DNA from: Sedimentisphaeraceae bacterium JB056
Lineage (GTDB): Bacteria; Planctomycetota; Phycisphaerae; Sedimentisphaerales; Sedimentisphaeraceae
Assembly (NCBI GenBank): GCA_044440125.1
Contig: JBITAJ010000022.1
Location: forward strand, 320,001 to 384,000
Length of the DNA: 64,000 bases
Direction of reading: 5' to 3'
Positions 59,704-64,000 of the stretch are shown here, in pieces (position 1 is the stretch's first letter; each line of letters starts with the position of its first letter). The notes under the pieces are model-generated. The model made no database searches. It was not told the origin of the DNA and was given only the letters and a program-made list of their open reading frames with translations. Made by a program: the position numbers and the translations under genes.

Positions 59704-59732
59704 ATTATACCAAAAAACATTGGAGCGCTCCA
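59704..59732 (-). promoter_or_regulatory. araC promoter with LacI-type operator over the -35 region
   Basis: Minus strand TGGTATAAT (hexamer 59704-59709); palindrome TGGAGCGCTCCA at 59721-59732. Confidence 0.7.
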
Positions 59733-59965
59733 GCTTTTTATCAGATTAATTCCACTTTCAATCACAAGCAATCATTCTTCGGAAAAATAAAGGCGTAAAA
59801 ACCTATTGTATAATCACTTACGTAAAACGCAGTAAATACAGATTTATAAAAGACAGCTTAACGACTCGATCTTCCCGAAAAAATTGCCTTTATTTTCATA
59901 TTTTACCACTTTACGAAGCAGTAAAAAAACAAAATTTCATACCTCACGAATACTGGCAATTTATG

Positions 59966-60017
59966 TTGACAATAAATGGCTAAAATGTTAAACTAAAACC
60001 CTAATTGGAACGCTCCA
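59966..60017 (+). promoter_or_regulatory. Sigma70 promoter with downstream LacI-type operator
   Basis: TTGACA(59966-59971)-17 bp-TAAACT with extended TG; TGGAACGCTCCA at 60006-60017. Confidence 0.8.
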
Positions 60018-60041
60018 ATAATATTAATAAACGAGTAAATT

Positions 60042-61277
60042 ATGAAGAACATCCAAAAATCCTTATACGAGTATATCAAAGAGCTTGAAATAATAGACAC
60101 ACATGAACACCTTGTATGTGAGAAATATCGTCTTGAGCGTAATATCGACATCTTTACGCTTATGCATCTTTATGAATATGTCGATATGACCTCGGCAGGC
60201 TACAAACCTCGCAATGGCGAAAATGTATTCGTCAATAATCTATTTACTGATGAGTCTGTAGATATAGATGAGAAATGGAAAAGAGCGTGGCCTCACCTCC
60301 AGAACATCAAATACGGCAGCTACTACCGTCCGACCAAAATACTGCTCAAAGACCTTTACGGAGTGGATGACCTTAACGAGACAAACTACAAGGAAGTCAG
60401 CGAAAAGATAAATAACGCAAATAAGAAGGGGCTATACAAACGTATACTCCGCGATAAGTGCAATATCAAATACAGTCTCGTCCAGAACGGAACCGTAACC
60501 GATCAGGACCCTGCGGATATATTCGTCCCCCTTTTTGCTGATGTAAACTCTTATCAGCTCGAAAACGACAACTTTATTAGGACACTGGAAAAACATTTTG
60601 ATTCCAGTATTGAAGACCTCGATACATATACAAGCTTTCTCTGTTCTTTCATGGAAGAAATGAAGAAACTTGGCGCTGCGGGGTTCAAAATAGCATCGAA
60701 TTATAACGTTGAGCCAAACATCAAAGAAGCATCGAATTCTTTCAAAAAAGTGCTTAAAGGTGAAAAGGCTGATGTCAATCTGCAATCCGCAATACTGGAC
60801 TCTATACTTAAAAAGGCGGCAGAGCTTGACTGGCCTGTTGCCGTCCATTGCGGCGTCTGGTGGGACTACAGGACAGTAGATCCCAAAAACATGATTGATC
60901 TGATACAAAGACATACGAACACAAGGTTCGATCTTTATCACCTCGGGATTCCGGACGTAAGAGATACCATATTTCTCGGCAAAAATTTCCCCAATGTCTT
61001 TCTGAACCTGTGCTGGACATATCTGGTATCACAATCTATAACAGAAAATGCGATAAATGAGATAATCGACACAGTGCCCGTTAATAAAATATTTGCTTTC
61101 GGAGCAGATTCCTGCTGGTCAATAGAACAAGTTTACGGGCATTATATAATTGCCGCGGAAACACTTTCAAGAGCTTTTGCCAAACGTATTGACCAGGGGC
61201 TGCTTGAAATCGATGATGCAAAGCATATTCTGAAGATGTGGCTTTACGACAACCCAGTAAACTTCTATAAATTATAA
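60042..61277 (+). CDS. Amidohydrolase-superfamily protein, paralog 3
   Basis: IIDTHEH, GFKI, VAVHCG, RFDLYHLG, FGAD, DNP.NFY. Confidence 0.85.
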   Translation: MKNIQKSLYEYIKELEIIDTHEHLVCEKYRLERNIDIFTLMHLYEYVDMTSAGYKPRNGENVFVNNLFTDESVDIDEKWKRAWPHLQNIKYGSYYRPTKILLKDLYGVDDLNETNYKEVSEKINNANKKGLYKRILRDKCNIKYSLVQNGTVTDQDPADIFVPLFADVNSYQLENDNFIRTLEKHFDSSIEDLDTYTSFLCSFMEEMKKLGAAGFKIASNYNVEPNIKEASNSFKKVLKGEKADVNLQSAILDSILKKAAELDWPVAVHCGVWWDYRTVDPKNMIDLIQRHTNTRFDLYHLGIPDVRDTIFLGKNFPNVFLNLCWTYLVSQSITENAINEIIDTVPVNKIFAFGADSCWSIEQVYGHYIIAAETLSRAFAKRIDQGLLEIDDAKHILKMWLYDNPVNFYKL

Positions 61278-61288
61278 TCAGGCCCCTG

Positions 61289-62011
61289 ATGTTCCTAAGC
61301 GTAATAATACCTGTTTTGAATGAAGGCAGAAAGCTCACAAGGCAGATGCGAAGGCTGTGTCCCTATCTGAGCAGCACATTCATTGACTCGGAGATTATTA
61401 TTGTAGATGACGGCAGTACTGATGATGCAGCTGAAAATGCGAAAAGCTTTCAGGATGCTTGCGACAATGTAAAAATACGAATCCTCAAAAACACCTCAAA
61501 CATGGGCAAAGGATACGCCTTGCGAAAAGGAATAACCGCATCAAAAGGCGAATATGTCTGTTTTCTTGATTGCGGCGACTGCGTTAAAAATGAATATATC
61601 CGCATCGGACTTGAATATACAATAAAACATGGTGCCGATATCGCGCACGCCTCAAGACACCTGGCAAAGAGTAAAATAGTAACGGGTCAAAGCTTAAGAC
61701 GAAGACTCGCAAGTTCGGTATTTCGCCGGTATATGAGAAAAAAACTCAACCTTCCGGCATTTTTAACGGACACTCAATGCGGCTTCAAAATATATAAAGG
61801 TGATGTCGGCAGAAAACTCTACTCTCAAAGCAAATGTAACGGGTTTCTTATAGACATTGAAATAATAATATTCGCCTTGAATCAAGGGTATAAGATCAGA
61901 GAATTCCCTATTAAGTGGAAATGCGATAGAGACAGCAGACTAAATCTGTTAAAAACCTTGCTGCTTGTCAAAAAAGAAATGAAAAAGCTCTCAGCTCTCA
62001 GAGTTCCTTAA
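61289..62011 (+). CDS. GT2 glycosyltransferase (polyprenyl/dolichyl-phosphate glycosyltransferase-like)
   Basis: LSVIIPVLNE, VDDGSTD, NMGKGYA, TDTQCGFK, DIEI. Confidence 0.85.
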   Translation: MFLSVIIPVLNEGRKLTRQMRRLCPYLSSTFIDSEIIIVDDGSTDDAAENAKSFQDACDNVKIRILKNTSNMGKGYALRKGITASKGEYVCFLDCGDCVKNEYIRIGLEYTIKHGADIAHASRHLAKSKIVTGQSLRRRLASSVFRRYMRKKLNLPAFLTDTQCGFKIYKGDVGRKLYSQSKCNGFLIDIEIIIFALNQGYKIREFPIKWKCDRDSRLNLLKTLLLVKKEMKKLSALRVP

Positions 62012-62887
62012 GCCGACTTTTGACCAGTCACCATAGATCAAGGTCTGATTCTTATCCTTATCGCATAAAATAACCATAATATCATCCTCAGAATTACATA
62101 TCCTTTTAACATCTTCATTGGGCATGATCATAAACGCAGTAGAGAGGGCATCAGCAACAACAGCATCGTAAGAACACACCCATACGGCCCTTTTACCCTC
62201 AAGCGGCATCGAAGTAAAGGGGTTGATTATGTGCCCACCTTTACGAAGCCCCGAACTGCTTAACGAGAAACCGTCAAGATAAGCGTAGTAAGCATTCACA
62301 CTTCCCGCTATATCTGTTATTCTTACCGGCCATCCCCTAAGCTCATCAACCTTACCAAAGGCCGTTACAGAGCTGTAACCGCCGTGTATCAGAAAATTTT
62401 CGATATCCCATTCACGAAGCTGCCCTGCCATTACCTCAACTGCATACCCTTTGCCAATGCCTCCAAGATCAATCGCGACATTATCAGACAAGACCTCGAC
62501 TGTAAAATCATCCTCATTCAAGATCAATTTATCAAAAAGGCAATCGTGAGAACAATCTTTTCTTATGGGTTTAAGGTCCTTATCAACAGATATGTCAAAG
62601 TAACCATCACTAAGCTCATATATCTTCCTGCTGACCTTCAAGCATTCAAATGTATGAAGGCTCACAACGACTTTTTGACCGGCACTCAAGTTGTTTATCT
62701 GCGATATATCACTATTCTCAACATAGCGGCTGAGATCATTCTCAAGAGCAGCAAGTGTCCTGGATGCCTCGTAAGCAGCGGATTTAGCATACTGATGATC
62801 TTCATGGTTTATATAAAATTCAAAGACAGAAGCCATTGCCTCGCATTCAAATTTCACAACATCATTTTGTAGGTTTTCATTACTCAT
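61991..62887 (-). CDS. apbE: FAD:protein FMN transferase
   Basis: AMAS.F, S.Y.ENSDISQIN, DLGGIGKG, HIINP, ADALSTA. Start placed at ATG 62887, overlapping the upstream stop. Confidence 0.85.
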   Translation of the reverse strand: MSNENLQNDVVKFECEAMASVFEFYINHEDHQYAKSAAYEASRTLAALENDLSRYVENSDISQINNLSAGQKVVVSLHTFECLKVSRKIYELSDGYFDISVDKDLKPIRKDCSHDCLFDKLILNEDDFTVEVLSDNVAIDLGGIGKGYAVEVMAGQLREWDIENFLIHGGYSSVTAFGKVDELRGWPVRITDIAGSVNAYYAYLDGFSLSSSGLRKGGHIINPFTSMPLEGKRAVWVCSYDAVVADALSTAFMIMPNEDVKRICNSEDDIMVILCDKDKNQTLIYGDWSKVGLRNSES

Positions 62888-64000
62888 TAAAATCCTTTGC
62901 GTAAACATCAAATCTCACATCGGGACGAATCTCAAGCTGATTATCTGACAAATATATCCATAAACTTCTCTCTCCCGGCTTCTCCCTGTCATAAATCATT
63001 TCCGCTAAAGAAGAGTTCATCTTCTCTGACACCACAACAACATCAAAAGGGTCTTTAATCTGCTCAACATCATCGTAATATCCTACATTACTAAATTTTC
63101 TTAAATACCAAGGCAGAGGCCAATAATCGTTACCTGATGCAGCAACCGCTATACTGATATCCTCATATCCAGAGACTTCACGATACTCATCTATAATCAG
63201 ACTAAACATTTTTACATCTTCAGTCGGATGCGAATAAGCATAAGGATTAGAAGAATCACAGTAAAAAACAAAATTCACGAAATAGCATTCAATTAACTGC
63301 ACACATATAATGATACAGATTATTGCTGAAGCTGCTATATTTTTCATTTTCAGGCAACAGCAGGTAGAAATACGGCCCCAATAAATTGCGGCGACAATAG
63401 TAAAACCATAGTAAAATGTGAGCATGCACCATGGAGTTTTGTAAGGTATCACGCTGTATATCAACAGCAGACTTACTGAGTAAGCGGCAATAAATCTACA
63501 CTGAAAACAGTATTCGGCTCTTTTACTAAACAGAATTTCATAACATCCGAGTGCCGCCGTCAAAAGGATAAGTGCCTCTGAAAAAACAAAGCCATTGCTT
63601 GCTTTTGAATAAAGCAGGAGTTTGAGATAATAGTACCAAGGATGATTATGAACGCTTTCTCCTGCACCCTTAGCGGCATAAGAACCCCAGTTGCTAACAG
63701 GATACGATATACCGCTCATGTTGCTGAAAAAAGAGCTGTAAAACAAGACATATACACCTGCTGCAATAAAAATAAACAAGTAGGCATGTCTTGTCTTTAC
63801 GATATTCTTAAAAAAAATACGATCAAGTTTGGTTCCGCCAGAATTGGCATTAGCTAAAGTAAACGCTGGAACTATTGCTGCTATAGAGATAATAAACGTC
63901 TCTTTTGTAACGATCATTAAGCCCAAAAACAAACCCGCTAAGATAATATCAGCAGGTTTTCTTCTGCGCAGATAATTACAAAAGCATAAAACAAACCCGT
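62880..64000 (-). CDS. Membrane glycosyltransferase, GT-C/PMT-like (TIGR03663/Agl23-like); 5' end outside window
   Basis: Frame is open to the window end; TKE, HPWYYYL, YSVIPYKTPW and YWPLPWYLR motifs; multiple TM helices. Confidence 0.7.
   Translation of the reverse strand, partial: GFVLCFCNYLRRRKPADIILAGLFLGLMIVTKETFIISIAAIVPAFTLANANSGGTKLDRIFFKNIVKTRHAYLFIFIAAGVYVLFYSSFFSNMSGISYPVSNWGSYAAKGAGESVHNHPWYYYLKLLLYSKASNGFVFSEALILLTAALGCYEILFSKRAEYCFQCRFIAAYSVSLLLIYSVIPYKTPWCMLTFYYGFTIVAAIYWGRISTCCCLKMKNIAASAIICIIICVQLIECYFVNFVFYCDSSNPYAYSHPTEDVKMFSLIIDEYREVSGYEDISIAVAASGNDYWPLPWYLRKFSNVGYYDDVEQIKDPFDVVVVSEKMNSSLAEMIYDREKPGERSLWIYLSDNQLEIRPDVRFDVYAKDFNE

Noticed and set aside
1..64000. CRISPR array, IS/transposase, prophage or defence system
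   Set aside because: By eye I saw no regularly spaced repeats and no Cas, transposase, integrase, phage or recognisable defence proteins.

Overview
This 64 kb window is bacterial and gene-dense. Its prepilin/H-X9-DG proteins, C-terminal dockerin-like EF-hand tails and XylR/LacI paralog expansions suggest Planctomycetota, probably Phycisphaerae (inference). Left end (1-3.9 kb): a partial pilin-like gene, a tandem array of XylR-type regulators (two intact, one truncated) and a 3' tRNA-Arg fragment with att-like repeats. Core (about 3.9-49 kb plus 58.5-61.3 kb): a large glycan-utilisation locus linked by seven copies of a LacI-type palindrome (TGGARCGYTCCA) and two paralogous LacI genes. It has glycoside hydrolases (GH36, two GH78-like, GH42-like, GH101/129-like, a beta-helix protein), SSS and GPH transporters and two pilin-like proteins. 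It also has an unusually large set of C-N/ester hydrolases: four exported CehA/McbA-type PHP metallohydrolases, three amidohydrolases and two exported nitrilase-family fusion proteins. A URO-D-like protein and a domain I do not recognise complete it. Nested at 49-59.6 kb are a thuA/Gfo-Idh-MocA/TIM-barrel/NCS1 operon and a divergent operon of a nitrilase, fused EtfB-EtfA and fused FixC-FixX-like genes, next to an AraC regulator. Right end: GT2, apbE and a partial membrane glycosyltransferase. I saw no CRISPR array, rRNA, intact tRNA, integrase or transposase. All family calls come from motif recognition by eye; no database search was run.
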